The notes under the pieces were generated by a model. It did no database searches. It saw only the letters and a list, made by a program, of their open reading frames with translations, and had not been told where the DNA came from. The position numbers were made by a program, and so were the translations under genes. Of a DNA stretch of 44,851 nt, positions 11,771 to 24,985 are shown piece by piece. The DNA is from Octopus bimaculoides (taxonomy: Eukaryota), in the NCBI RefSeq assembly GCF_001194135.2, contig NC_068982.1:53380013-53424863 (forward strand), written 5' to 3'. Position 1 is the stretch's first letter, and every line of letters begins with the position of its first letter.

Positions 11771-12884
11771 ATATTTTACAATCAGGGTGTTCTACCTGCA
11801 TTAGAGGAGTGTTTACACAACATAAGTTCATTTATTCCATGAGAACAGCTTATTGCATCGAAGGAACTCGAGTATTGTAAGAGATTTTAATCTCGTCTGA
11901 GGGTATACTAAACATTCGTGATATGAATTTAGATTATTTTTTTTAACAAAGGCGTGGATTAAACCAGTATTTTATTTAAAGAAGAAAAAAATCCTGCTGA
12001 ACTGGATCTTACGACAATGTAGTAGGATTTTTCTAATTAAAAATGGACATTTGTAAAAAGTGGAATTCATGCAGTATATAAAAAACTTTTAACTTTTAAT
12101 TTTCATTTAAGAGTATTGTTATACGAATGTTACTGACCAGATATGTGCACCTTTCGGCCAACAGGGCCAATAGTTCATCTTGAATATGGAAACCTTTAAT
12201 CTCTAATCTCAACACTTAATCACAGGGACCCACCATTTAGGAGCTGCTTCCCTGTTCAGTCTATTTTACCTTTACATCCACACAGAATATTCTTAAGAAA
12301 TTAGGCAATAACGTTACTCATGCCATATGGAATTTTCTTCCTAGTAAAAAGAAACTAATATTTGGTCACGTCTATACGTTTATTCACTTTTCTTTTGTTC
12401 TGTTTTTCTACTGTTTTTTGGTTAATACTTGAAATATAAGAAAATAAATATTAAAAGAAATCTAATACATTATATACCATCGACAAATTAACATTCCCAA
12501 GGAATACCGATGGATTGCTTCCGAAGATAAGATACTTCACTTTAATAGGCATACAAATAACTGAGTATCATACATATCTATGATTAATTAGATAAAGTAC
12601 ATACTTTCATTGTGCTAACAGTGATAAGGTGTCATGTCAAATAATACATTATGAATGATATACACATTACGAGACAAAAAAAGAATGTAGGGGAGAGATT
12701 CTTGTGGGATATGCCAAGACAGCATTCTAGCCTTAATTACAGTTTAGAAAATACTAGCCCAGCGCTACTGACACGGTCAGCTGCGACTCTCTGTTCCATA
12801 GATATCAATCAAATCCTTTAAACCTAGCAGGAAACATCTTTAGTATTAAAATTATGCCACCCAGCTATTTTTGCTGATAATATT

Positions 12885-13050
12885 CTCAGACGTTGTGCGA
12901 CGGCGAGTGATAAAATGAATAGTAGTATCTGACAGAATGTCTTCCATTATTTTTCCTCGTTAAATCCCACCAGGATTAGTTTTGTCTTTCATCTACTTCC
13001 AGAGTTGATAATATGCGTATTAATAATATAATGAAGTCTATATCTCCCCC
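12885..13050 (+). mobile_element. Highly degraded SINE family A
   Basis: gttaaatcccaccaggattagttttgtctttcatctacttccagagttgataat aligns loosely to the B-box and core. Confidence 0.45.
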
Positions 13051-14064
13051 AGAGAAAAACGAATTTCTGCTTTATCAAAATAATATTATCTGACGTGTTT
13101 GTAGTGATATAGAAGAATGTTCAAATGCTAATTCGAGGTTTCATTCGTTTTATATACAATTTAAGTAGCAATGAAAAGAAATAATTCACACATAAGTACA
13201 AACATACTCGTATCTATGTATAAACTTACATATCGTAGGATACTTATTTTCAGCATGAGTCGAGCTTCCAGAGAATAATTTGGTTTCTCAACCAAATTTA
13301 AGAACCAATATAATTTCCCATAATGACGATATCCTCATCACATAATTAAGGTTTTCAATGCTCTCTCCATTAAATGTTAGCACTAACTTAATTATTTATC
13401 ATGCAGATGTTATTTTCTATGCAAATCTGCTTTTTTTACGTTAACCAATGCACATAAACTTAGTAATTATTCTGTCACTACCTCGGAATGTATTATAAAG
13501 CCTATACTTTACTGATGAGACGATGATAAGAGCGAAAATGTCCGTTGTTGTCTCTCATATTTACCGAAGAAATATTTGTCATTCATAATTATTATATTTT
13601 TTTTTACAACGTAATAATTTCAGTTAAATTTTTAATGATTCTTACATGAAATATTCATTATTCATTTTTCGTATAATTAATTTCAGACAAATCAATTTTG
13701 TCTTTATCTTATTTGGGTGTGATTTTCTACTATAACTTCTGAAATTCAATTTATTATTGATACAATTTCTTCAAACAGATGACAAGAAATTTTTTTTCAT
13801 CTCGTGTTTCGAATTAATGAACTGCTTTGCTAAAATCTTTGTACCTGCTTTTCTGTCACAGTGACTATAAACTAATGCATACATGCATAAGTTTATATAT
13901 ATATACACACATGTATGCATGTATGCACACACACACACACACACACACACACCTTCCACTAACTACGACTAGGGAGGAAGTCTGTCACAGCTATCCGAAT
14001 GGCTAAATCTGAACATCCATGTGTACATGTGCATATGTAGAGTGATATCAATGGCAAATTTATC

Positions 14065-14485
14065 TTTTATCTTTTGCTTGATTCTGTCATTAGATTGCGG
14101 CCATGCTGGGTCACCGCCTTGAAGAATATTTAGTCGCATGAATGAACCGCAATACTTATTTTTTTAAAAAGCTTGGTTCTTATTCTATCGATCTCTAAAT
14201 TATGGATCGTAAACACACCAGCACCGATTGTCAAGCGGTAGGAGGTAGGGACAAACACACACATATACAGTATAAATATATATATATATATGTATGTATG
14301 TATGTATGTATTTACATACATATATATATGGTGGGTTTCTTTCAGTTTCTATCAACCAACTTTACTCACAAGGCTTTGGTCGGCCCGAGGATATAGTAGA
14401 AAACACTTGCCCAAGGTGCTACGTAGTGAAACTGAAACCGGGACCATGTGGTTGGGAAGCAAGGTTCTAACCACGCAGCCACGCG
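14065..14485 (-). mobile_element. SINE family B, full length, internal TA/TATG microsatellite
   Basis: Complete reversed head, core and tail. Confidence 0.92.
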
Positions 14486-15783
14486 TGTGTATCCGGATTT
14501 GTATACGGATTTTGTACTTCGTCGAAAGAAACAGAAAGTAAAAGTGTGCAAGAGAAGTAGAATATTGCCTTTACGGGAAACGCGATTTCGATTTCCAAGA
14601 AGAGAGCTTGTTCACATTTTGCAGTATTTTTCACTGGAAAATATATAGATTTTTTTGTCCTTTTGTTTGCTTGTTTGTTAAAATAGATCATTTCGTATGT
14701 GCTTACAAATAAAACGATAATGTTAGTGTCTTTATGATGAAAATTCCATGATGAAAATGAAGACAGTAAAAAGAAAATATTTGAGCAGGTGGAATCTTAA
14801 ATTGGATCAACGTACATATTTCAAGTTAAGGATACCTGAACTGAGGTAGGTAAATTTTTACTTAGCATTCTGTTTCAGATATTATCAATAGTACCAATAA
14901 TGCACCTGTCACTAAAAGTAAAACAAAATACTTAAGACCTTAATGATAGCAAACAGCTGAATTGGTTGAGACTTAGATCTACTGCTAAGTGATAAAGTCT
15001 ATAACATACATAGAGTGTTTTGGATATGTTTTGATGCCAAATCTTGTTTAGCATTTCTTCTAATTTTCCAAGAACTCTTCACATGATTCGATATTTTATA
15101 CGCATAAGAATAAACATAAATACACACATACAGGTACACTTTCACTCACATACAAACACATATATTTGTGTTAATAACGAGCAGGTTTTCGTTCAGACAC
15201 GTGACTTTAAAACATGACCATGTTCAAGCTTGATCATTTTTTTTTAATTTAGGAAAAATTCATATTTAAGTTTGGTTTGGATCTACTACGTAACCGAATC
15301 CATTAGTCTGCCGTTTTGTGTCTTTCCTAATCACATTGTATTTTTAAGGGCGTGTTATCCGCGCGTTCTGCGTTAGGCCGTAAAGGATAAGTGGAGTAAT
15401 TCTATCCAACAATAGGTTTTAACAAATAAGACAAGTCTCTTTTCAGGTGGTCGTTTGAACAAGTAATTTACATTAACAGGACATGGTCAGACAGTTTTAA
15501 GTGCCATGGATAAAGAAATATTAACATGTATGTAGTTTGATTCATAATAATACTTGAATATATTTTGAGACAAAGTTTCGATAACAACTCTATTATAGGA
15601 GATGATATATTTCTAGCGGAGTTCACGAGTATGTTTCTTAGTTTGACTCAAACCATTCGGGTGTATTTTATTGCACCTTCTCTATTAGACATAGCATGCA
15701 TTTTTGTATCTATAAGATAAATTTGGTTTTATTGCCTTCTTTTAGGTGAAATTGTTGAATATCCTTAAAATATACATACCATA

Positions 15784-15947
15784 TAGGTGCAGGAGTGGCT
15801 GTGTGGTAAAGAGCTTGCTTACCAACCACATGGTTCCGGGTTCAGTCTCACTGCGTGGTACCTTGGGCTAGTGTCTTCTACTATAGCCTCCGGCCGACAA
15901 AGGCCTTGTGAGTGGATTTGGTAGACGGAAACTGAAAGAAGCCCGTC

Positions 15948-15989
<42 letters not shown>

Positions 15990-16213
15990 ATACGTTTGTG
16001 TGTCTGTGTTTGCCCCCCCCCAAAAAAAACTTCGCTTGACAACCGATGCTGGTGTGTTTACGTCCCCGTAACTTAGCGGTTCGGCAAAAGAGACTGATAT
16101 AATAAGTACTAGGCTTACAAAGAATAAGTCCTAGGGTCGATTTGCTTGACTAAAAAAGGCGGTGCTCCAGCATGGCCGCAGTCAAATGACTGAAACAAGT
16201 AAAAGAGTAAAAG
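15784..16213 (+). mobile_element. SINE family B, full length (best copy)
   Basis: ggtgcaggagtggctgtgtggtaaa head, gggttcagtctc B-box-like, gtaccttgggctagtgtcttct CORE-like segment, (TA)n, aaggcggtgctccagcatggccgcagtcaaatgactgaaacaagtaaaaga tail. Confidence 0.95.
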
Positions 16214-17877
16214 TGTATATAAGAATTCCATGTTAGTAATGAACCTCTGAATATGTAGAAGAAACAAAACTAAATGTGACTCGAAGCCTTTGCATGTCAA
16301 AGGGGTTTTCATAAGTTTGTTCTAGATGCCCATGCTTATTTTCAGACATTAAGTTAGTCTTTGTTTCATACATTCTGAGTAATATAAAGCAAGTTACTCT
16401 GGAGTTTGAAAAATAACTGGAAGTGTGTATTACACATGATGCTATATTTTGTGCATTACATGTGATACACTGGGTTACCTTGCAGAATAAATGAAGACAC
16501 TGTAGCTAAGAAGTGAACACTTTCTGTTCGGGTCTGGAAAGCATTTCTCTAAATATTTACCGTTGAGTTACCCGCTCACCTTTCGAATACAGTAATTTGT
16601 ATTGCATCAACGCTTATGGAACGAAATTGCGATACTTTAATGTGTTTTAAAAAAAGAAAAACAGACAATATTATTAAAAATCCGCATTACAAATGCAAAA
16701 TACACAAATTGTATTTATTTATGCAAATATAATTAAATATTTGGTTAATTCTTGAAAGATTACTTTTTCATTGAACTGCTTATCAAACAACTATACTTCG
16801 TCAGTATGAAATTTAAGGTCATGTAATATATACTATACAAATTATAGCTACTACTTGATCATGTATATATAATTCAAATATATAGCTTTTATGGACGCAA
16901 AAACTAAACGAAACAAGACGGAAGTATCTTTTTGGTCGATAGAGGCACAAAAGATAGTACCCAAATATCCCTGAGACGATAACGTAGTCCTAGTTTGGAA
17001 GAAAACCTTTGATTATGAGTTGGACAAGGAATTAAAGAACACAATAACACCAATATTAGGGCAAAATCAGAAAATGTGATAGAAACACTTAATGTTTGTT
17101 ATGGCTACAAATATTCCCACTCACCTACTTACCTACCTACCTAACTAACTAACTAACTAACAAACTATCAATAAATCTATTCATCCCACCGTCTGCCTGT
17201 CTGGCAGTCTGTCTATTTGTTTGCATCTTTCTACACACGCACAAACAGGCGCAAATACACTGAAAAGCATACGTTTATATACATACACATACACGTACAC
17301 ACATATACATATAATTATCATTGGAGAAACTGTATATAAAATAATAATTGTACATTTGTTGTTAACACTACACTTACCACATTGATTCTGAAAGCAGTAA
17401 TGTGGAAGAGACAATATGCGAGCAGATAGCATAAGAAACGGGGTGGGATAGAGATACACGAATACAGAGATACATTGATAGATATGTAAACAGAAAATAA
17501 GAATGCGTTCACCTTCCGTCCAAAGTAAATATCTTCACAGATGTACTTATAAACCAGTCTGTAAATATAATTTACTCACAGCCATCATGCTCGCCTCGAC
17601 TCCTATCAATAGACACATGATATATAAACAGACTGGCATAATGTACAGATGTAAGCCACTCTCTTTTCTTTTCTCTCTGTAATCCATTCTGTATATCTAT
17701 GTAATGGAAAGAAGGTAGAGAATGATACAGAGAAAGATAGAAGGAGATAGTGTGAATGAGAGAGAGAGAGAGATCAAAAGTTTGCTGTCGTGCATGTGCG
17801 CGTATGTGTGAAAGAGAAATACTTATAGATTAAGATATAAACAGAGATTGAAGAAATATATGGGTATGTTTGTATAC

Positions 17878-18290
17878 TCTTTTACTCTTTTACTTGTTTC
17901 AGTCATTTGACTATGGCCATGCTGGAGCACCACCTTTAGTCGAGTAAATCGACCCCAGGACTTATTTTTTGTAAGCCTAGTACTTATTCTATCGGTCTCT
18001 TTTTGCCGAACCGCTAAGTTACGGGGACGTAAACACACCAGCATCGGTTGTCAGGCGATGTTGGGGGGACCAAACACAGACACGCAAACATATACACACA
18101 CATATATATATATATATACATATATACGACAGGCTTCTTTCAGTTTCCGTCTACCAAATCCACTCACAAGGCTTTGGTCGGCCCGAGGCTATAGTAGAAG
18201 ACACTTGCCGAAGGTGCCACGCAGTGGGACTGAAACCGGAACCATGTGGTTGGTAAGCAAGCTACTTACCACACAGCCACTCCTACGCCT
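17878..18290 (-). mobile_element. SINE family B, full length
   Basis: Close reverse-complement match to 15784-16213. Confidence 0.95.
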
Positions 18291-19424
18291 ATGTATGTGG
18301 AGCATTTACACCAGATATTTATAGTTATGAGAGCACACATATTTTACGTATGTATATGTGAGCATGTGCGTATGTGTGTGTATGCATGTATGTGAGTGCG
18401 TGTGTATGTGCATAAGTGCATATATACATGCAAATGTATAGACGTATTTATATAACAACGTAAATAAATGGGAGCACATCAATAAATATATATTTATCTA
18501 TCCATGTATCTGTATACACGGACACACACATACACACACACACGCACATATTCAGGCATATGTGTGTTTGTGAGTATGTAATAGTATGTAATTTGTACGT
18601 ATGCATGTACATATATCCATATATATATATATATATANNNNNNNNNNNNNNNNNNNNNNNNNNNNNNNNNNNNNNNNNNNNNNNNNNNNNNNNNNNNNNN
18701 NNNNNNNNNNNNNNNNNNNNNNNNNNNNNNNNNNNNNNNNNNNNNNNNNNNNNNNNNNNNNNNNNNNNNNNNNNNNNNNNNNNNNNNNNNNNNNNNNNNN
18801 NNNNNNNNNNNNNNNNNNNNNNNNNNNNNNNNNNNNNNNNNNNNNNNNNNNNNNNNNNNNNNNNNNNNNNNNNNNNNNNNNNNNNNNNNNNNNNNNNNNN
18901 NNNNNNNATATATATATATATATATATAATATGTATGTGTATATATATTTATGCACGCACATACCATCACATGCGTATGCAGACACTCACACACATAAAT
19001 ACATACATACATACATACAAACATACATACATACATACATGCATGCATGCATACATACATACATACATACATACATACATACATACTTGTGTAGACAAAT
19101 TCAGCCTGTTGTACAAACTGATACATATATATAAGCATGCATAAATGCATAGATGTAAGAATACACACAAATATACGTAAATTCATATGTGTGGGTATGC
19201 TTTATAAACATCCAAACATAAATACAAACTATCATAATTGTATTAATGTATATATCATTGAAATTATACATACGCACAGGCATATATATATACACCGTGC
19301 TTTATTAAACAATACAAACCTACATACGTATCGTATGTGAGCATGGAAACATCCATCCATGCATACAGCTTATATACACGTATTAAACAAAGAATCAAAG
19401 ATCCTTCCGAAGCTTTAGGCACAT

Positions 19425-19635
19425 AACACTGATTTCCCGGATTCTGTGGCATTTTCATTTCGCTGAACGGAACGCCAGTCTGTCGTCGGGTTCTTCATTT
19501 TTGCCAAGTGAGTAGACTGCAGCAACGTGAAATGAAGTGTTTTGCTCAAGAATACAAATCATCGACTGGTTCAGGAACTGAAACCACATTCTTACGATCG
19601 TGAGTGAAATATCCTAAACCACTAATTCACACATG
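19425..19635 (-). mobile_element. tRNA-derived SINE with a Meta/V-like central domain (family E)
   Basis: Minus strand: tagtggtttagg..ctcacgatcgtaagaatgtggtttcagttcc..ttcttgagcaaaacacttcatttcacgttgctgcagtc..gacagactggcgttccgttcag. Confidence 0.7.
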
Positions 19636-19747
19636 CATGCAGTTATACATTCATACTTACTGACGAACTTACAAACTTGCATACATGCATGCATGTAGAC
19701 ATGCGTCCAGTCATATATACATCCGTGCATAAATACATACAAATATG

Positions 19748-19903
19748 AAAGGGTAAAGACCATGGGATTGCACCCTCCGAGGTACAAGTCCGGACAAGGT
19801 TGTTTATGGAAGACCAGCAATCTTACCCAAGGGAAAAGTAAAGGACGATACAGCTTGAACTGGAACAACGTCAAATAAAGAGTCTTGCTCGAGAATAGAC
19901 CCC
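19748..19903 (-). mobile_element. SINE family D, internally deleted (RTE-type tail)
   Basis: aaagggtaaagaccatgggattgcac..gaactggaacaacgtcaaataaagagtcttgctcgag. The same tail lies on the plus strand at 30128-30170. Confidence 0.6.
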
Positions 19904-20323
19904 NNNNNNNNNNNNNNNNNNNNNNNNNNNNNNNNNNNNNNNNNNNNNNNNNNNNNNNNNNNNNNNNNNNNNNNNNNNNNNNNNNNNNNNNNNNNNNNNN
20001 NNNNNNNNNNNNNNNNNNNNNNNNNNNNNNNNNNNNNNNNNNNNNNNNNNNNNNNNNNNNNNNNNNNNNNNNNNNNNNNNNNNNNNNNNNNNNNNNNNNN
20101 NNNNNNNNNNNNNNNNNNNNNNNNNNNNNNNNNNNNNNNNNNNNNNNNNNNNNNNNNNNNNNNNNNNNNNNNNNNNNNNNNNNNNNNNNNNNNNNNNNNN
20201 NNNNNNNNNNNNNNNNNNNNNNNNNNNNNNNNNNNNNNNNNNNNNNNNNNNNNNNNNNNNNNNNNNNNNNNNNNNNNNNNNNNNNNNNNNNNNNNNNNNN
20301 NNNNNNNNNCATATATATGTATA

Positions 20324-20712
20324 TATACGACGGGCTTCTTCTAGTTTCCTTATTTCTTTATTGCCCACAAGAGGCTAAACATAGAGGGGACAAACAAGGA
20401 CAGACAAAGGGAGTAAGTCGACTACATCGACCCCAGTGCGTAACTAGTACTTAATTTATCGACCCCGAAAGGATGAAAGGCAAAGTCGACCTCGGCGGAA
20501 TTTGAACTCAGAACGTAACGGCAGACGAAATACCGCTAAGTATTTCGCCCGGCGTGCTAACGTTTCTGCCAGCTCGCTGCCTTCTAGTTTCCGTCTACCA
20601 AATCTTTGGTCGGACCGAAGCTATAGTAAAAGACACTTGTCAAAGTACCACGTAGTGGAACAGAACCTAGGATCTTGTGGTTAGGAAGCAAACTTCTTAG
20701 CACACGGCCACG
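20324..20712 (-). mobile_element. Degraded SINE family B interrupted by a family A insertion
   Basis: tacgacgggcttc|...|tagtttccgtctaccaaat..aagacacttgtcaaagtaccacg..ggaagcaaacttctt. Confidence 0.85.
20350..20581 (-). mobile_element. SINE family A, young, full length, 11-12 bp TSD
   Basis: TSD TTCTAGTTTCC at 20339-20349 and 20582-20592. Confidence 0.95.
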
Positions 20713-20883
20713 CACATGCAAACATATATGCAGTCATTTATATATTCTTTGATGCCATGATATATACAAGAGAGTGAAGATTCAGATGTATATCAGTACC
20801 AAGTAGTGTTGTTTAAATTTCATCGAAAAATGCTTACTTCCTGGATTGGAAGTTTCTTTCTAATTTCAGAAATGAATCATTTT

Positions 20884-21087
20884 ATTCTAGGCCTGACATT
20901 TTTGATGAGAGGTGGGAGGCAGTCGACTACAGTGACCCCTATGCTGAACTGGTACTTAATTTTATTGACTCCGAAAAGAAGACAGGTTAAGTCGACCACG
21001 GTGGAATTTGAACTCAGATCGTAAAGCCGGAAGAATTGCTGCTAAGCAATTTGTCTGGCGTGCAAACAATTCTGGCTGCTCGCCGTC
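20884..21087 (-). mobile_element. SINE family A, degraded
   Basis: aagtcgaccacggtggaatttgaactcag..gcgtgcaaacaattctggctgctcgccgtc. Confidence 0.85.
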
Positions 21088-21857
21088 TTAATTTTGTGGA
21101 ATTATTGAAAATATAAACAGAATGACACGCGCGCACACACACACAGAGTCACACATACACTCATACTCGTATATATCCAACCAGTCACACATACACGTGT
21201 GTGCGTTAGTGTGTGTGTGTGTATGCATGTATGTATGTGTATGTATGTATGTATGTATATACGTATGTACGTGTGTGGTTGTATGCGTGTGCGAGTGTGT
21301 GTTTGCATGTGTGTATAATACATATACATTCATACACGTACACAGACGTATACTTATACTTATACACATCACACAGATTTCTATTTTCTTAATTCCGAAT
21401 CTTGAAATCTAAGCATCGATAAACAATTTTCATAAAGCAAGGAAGTATCGTAGCAGCTCTATGAATTTTCACTAATCGGATTTCCTTAAACGGCCTATCT
21501 GGTGCTTACACCTCGTAAAAGCATTTGTTGTTGTCCCTTGAAATCTAGCATTTTAACGTTTTTCCCATCTTTACTTTCTAAGGACAGTAAAGTTCACTCT
21601 TTTTCCTTCAATTTTTTTTTTTTTTTTTTACATAAAATTCCTATTTGTTTATATACCCACTCCTTTCTATGTCCCTAGATACGATCAGGCATGCGAAATC
21701 TAGTACCACACACGCGAGCACATACATAAGCGGTTGTGCACGCATACAGGCATATTTAATACAGGCACATACACAACACATTCGCAGTCACGTACACTAC
21801 GTACACACGCAGCAAATACACATACACAATACTACAACATACACATATACCATATGT

Positions 21858-21911
21858 GAGGTAGATAGAAGATAGATAGATAGATAGTTAGACAGACAGA
21901 CAAACAGACAG

Positions 21912-21946
<35 letters not shown>

Positions 21947-22134
21947 AGATAGATAGATAGATAGTTAAACAGACAGACAAACAGACAGAGATAGATAGAT
22001 AGATAGATAGATAGGTTTCTTTATTAGCCACACANNNNNNNNNNNNNNNNNNNNNNNNNNNNNNNNNNNNNNNNNNNNNNNNNNNNNNNNNNNNNNNNNN
22101 NNNNNNNNNNNNNNNNNNNNNNNNNNNNNNNNNN

Positions 22135-22180
<46 letters not shown>
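21858..22180. repeat. (GATA)n/(GACA)n compound microsatellite spanning a gap
   Basis: Read directly from the sequence. Confidence 0.95.
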
Positions 22181-22181
<1 letters not shown>

Positions 22182-23119
22182 GCAGGTAGATGAAATAAAT
22201 ACTGTTTCAGAATAAATCTACCATAAATTCATATATTTATACCTCACCCATTTCAACAGTGAATGTTTATTAAAGACGCGGTTTTGCAACTTCAGAATTA
22301 TTAAGTTTATAAAGATAGCTTAAAAAAAAAATGACAAAAGTGTCAAATACATAAGACTCGTTGTGAAACCCATACACGCTATATATATACATCTGCATAT
22401 ATATACATATACATACACACAAACACACACACACACACACACACACATGTACATGTATATATATATGTGTATGTGTATGTGTGTGTGTGTGTGTGTGTGT
22501 GTATATACATGTATGTATATATACACATGCATATATATATATACATATACATACATACATACACACACATATATACGTACATATACATAGATATATATAT
22601 ACATATATACATGCAAGCATATAATACATACATATATTTATGTGTGCGTGTGTGTGTATGTGTGTGCACGCGCGTGGACACACACACACATACACACATT
22701 GAAAAGCTGAAGAGGTTTCACACAGGTAAATTTATACTAAACAACAGAAGAAGGAAAATACTTTGTGAACTTTATCATAGATAATGAAGAAAAATATTTC
22801 TATCAAATCTTGCTACCGGTTTCACTTACTTAAAATATGATTTAGTCATGAAGAAATACTGTAGAAGAGAAAACAACTTGAAATATATTAATGTATCATA
22901 ATATCAGTTCTGGAAGTTCACTTGCAAACCAGTGTCATATTTTGTAAAATTGGAAATAGCTTCTTTCTTTTATCAACAATAAATTTCTGAAAGCGTTTTA
23001 GCTTTCCTTTTATCGTATGTGAAAACAGATCTGCTCAGCGCACGACAGGTTCACCTATCAGGTTGCCTCTATAGATTGCATTTAATCTGAGATCATTAAT
23101 TAATTATCGAGTACAATGA

Positions 23120-23432
23120 AGGCAAGTGGTTTAGTGGTTAGGTCACCCTGCTCACAATCGTGAGTACGATTCCCGGCCTTACGTTGTGTCCTTGAGCAAG
23201 ACACTTCATTTCATGTTGCTCCAGTCCACCCAGCTAGCAAAAGTGAGAAACACCTGTATTTCAAAGGCCCAGCCTTGTCACATTCTGTGTCACGCTGAAC
23301 CTCCCTGAAAACTACATTAAGGATACTCGTGTCTGTAGAGTGCTCAGCCACTTGCACGTTAATTTCACGAGCAGGCTCTTCTGTTGATCGGTTCGACAGT
23401 AATCCTCGCCATCGTAACCGATAGAGTGCCAG
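23120..23432 (+). mobile_element. SINE with a family E-type centre and a family C-type 3' body
   Basis: gttgtgtccttgagcaagacacttcatttcatgttgctccagtc followed by cagccttgtcacattctgtgtcacgctgaa..gtgctcagccacttgcacgttaatttcacgagcaggct. Confidence 0.8.
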
Positions 23433-24019
23433 TTACAGAAATATATGTAGCATAAAAGAATACCAAGTTCATGCCCACGTTTTATCTCACATCATACAAT
23501 AATAAACACATACGTACACATTCGTACATGTGTGTGTGTGTGTGTGCGCGCACACACACACACATACACATACACTCACACGAAACCGTTATTGGTAAAC
23601 GATCAGCTGAAGATGTGTTAGGGGAGGAGATTACAATAGTTTATTTAAGCTGCTACATTGGGTTGTTAACTCTGAAATACTTTCAACAATTATCAATACC
23701 TACTTAAAACTCATTCTCCTGACCATAGATTTAGTAGTAGTTTATAGCTATTAACTATAGACATTTGTAGCTTACTCAAGTTGCAACAGAACTAAACTCG
23801 TGTACCCTAATTTGCGTAAGATTATTGTGAAGTTTCGTAACGTTTAATTTTCAGTCATAAACAGCTATATGGCGGTATACTGTGTGCTTCTGTATCACGT
23901 CTGGCCGAATAGCCTTTCTTGTTTATTTTCACTGTTTCGTTTTCCTGTCTTGTTTTCTGTCCGCCACTACATTCCTCCACGTTACAAATTTGTGGTCCGT
24001 GGGAAGAGCCATTATAACA

Positions 24020-24170
24020 ATGCGTCCTGCCTTAACTCTTCAAAACGCTTAGTTTTAGAATGGTGGCAGCTGATGAAGGAAATGTTCTCTATGTGGCCTG
24101 TTTGTTTTCTGTACTCCGTTTATCATTTTGTCCACGTTTTTTTGCAACGTCCTGTACCCAGATATGCATC
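24020..24170 (+). mobile_element. Dispersed CTGATGAAG..GTCCTGTACCCA element, copy 2
   Basis: gcgtcctgcc..ctcttcaaaacg..gcagctgatgaaggaaatgttctctatgtggc..gcaacgtcctgtacccagatatgca. Confidence 0.65.
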
Positions 24171-24264
24171 TATATATACATGTAGATGTAGGTACGTACA
24201 TACATGCACGTATATATGCATATACTCATATATTATTTGTATTGCATATATTATATCTCTTTCT

Positions 24265-24450
24265 ATTTCTTTTACATGTTTCAGTTATTGGGACAGTGAT
24301 CACGTTGGAACGTAAGGGGTTTAATCGAATAAAAACGACTGCAATACTTATTTTCAAACTTGGACTTTTGGTGAAACTGTTTAGTTACGAGGCCGGAAAC
24401 AAACCAAAACTAGTTGTCAAGGGGTGGTGGGGGACAAACACGAGCACAAA
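24265..24450 (-). mobile_element. SINE family B, degraded 3' half
   Basis: tttagttacgaggcc..aaacaaaccaaaactagttgtcaaggggtggtggggacaaac. Confidence 0.65.
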
Positions 24451-24655
24451 TACACACACACACACTTGCACACGCACACATAAATGTATATATACGTACA
24501 TATGTACATACAAACATATACATACATAATGTATATATCTTTTATCTTTCATTTTTTCTGTCATTAGACGGTCTCTTCTCGCGCAATAAATCATCATTAC
24601 GTCAGAAAAACGTCACTGAAAGGAACCATGAAATGTTTCACTTCGATAGTAACAA

Positions 24656-24656
<1 letters not shown>

Positions 24657-24737
<81 letters not shown>

Positions 24738-24895
24738 ATTTATACATAAATGCGCACACATACATATACACAGGCTATCGTAGATTTAGGTTATGTATAC
24801 ATATACGCACATAATACAAACATGTTCGCATGTGTAGTAAGTTTGGATATATTTGTTAGTATATACAAAAAGTCACTCACGGAGCATATATACAC

Positions 24896-24934
<39 letters not shown>

Positions 24935-24944
24935 NNNNNNNNNN

Positions 24945-24985
<41 letters not shown>
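24657..24985. repeat. (CA)n at 24657-24735 and (GA)n at 24895-24985
   Basis: Read directly from the sequence. Confidence 0.95.

Noticed and set aside
12280-12340. Acceptor followed by NILKKLGNNVTHAIW, faintly ArfGAP-like
   Set aside because: Similarity is too short and there is no convincing donor.
15480-15527. 48-nt frame-preserving candidate exon (HGQTVLSAMDKEILT) with a GTATGT donor
   Set aside because: Weak polypyrimidine tract and no recognisable homology; RNA-seq would be needed.
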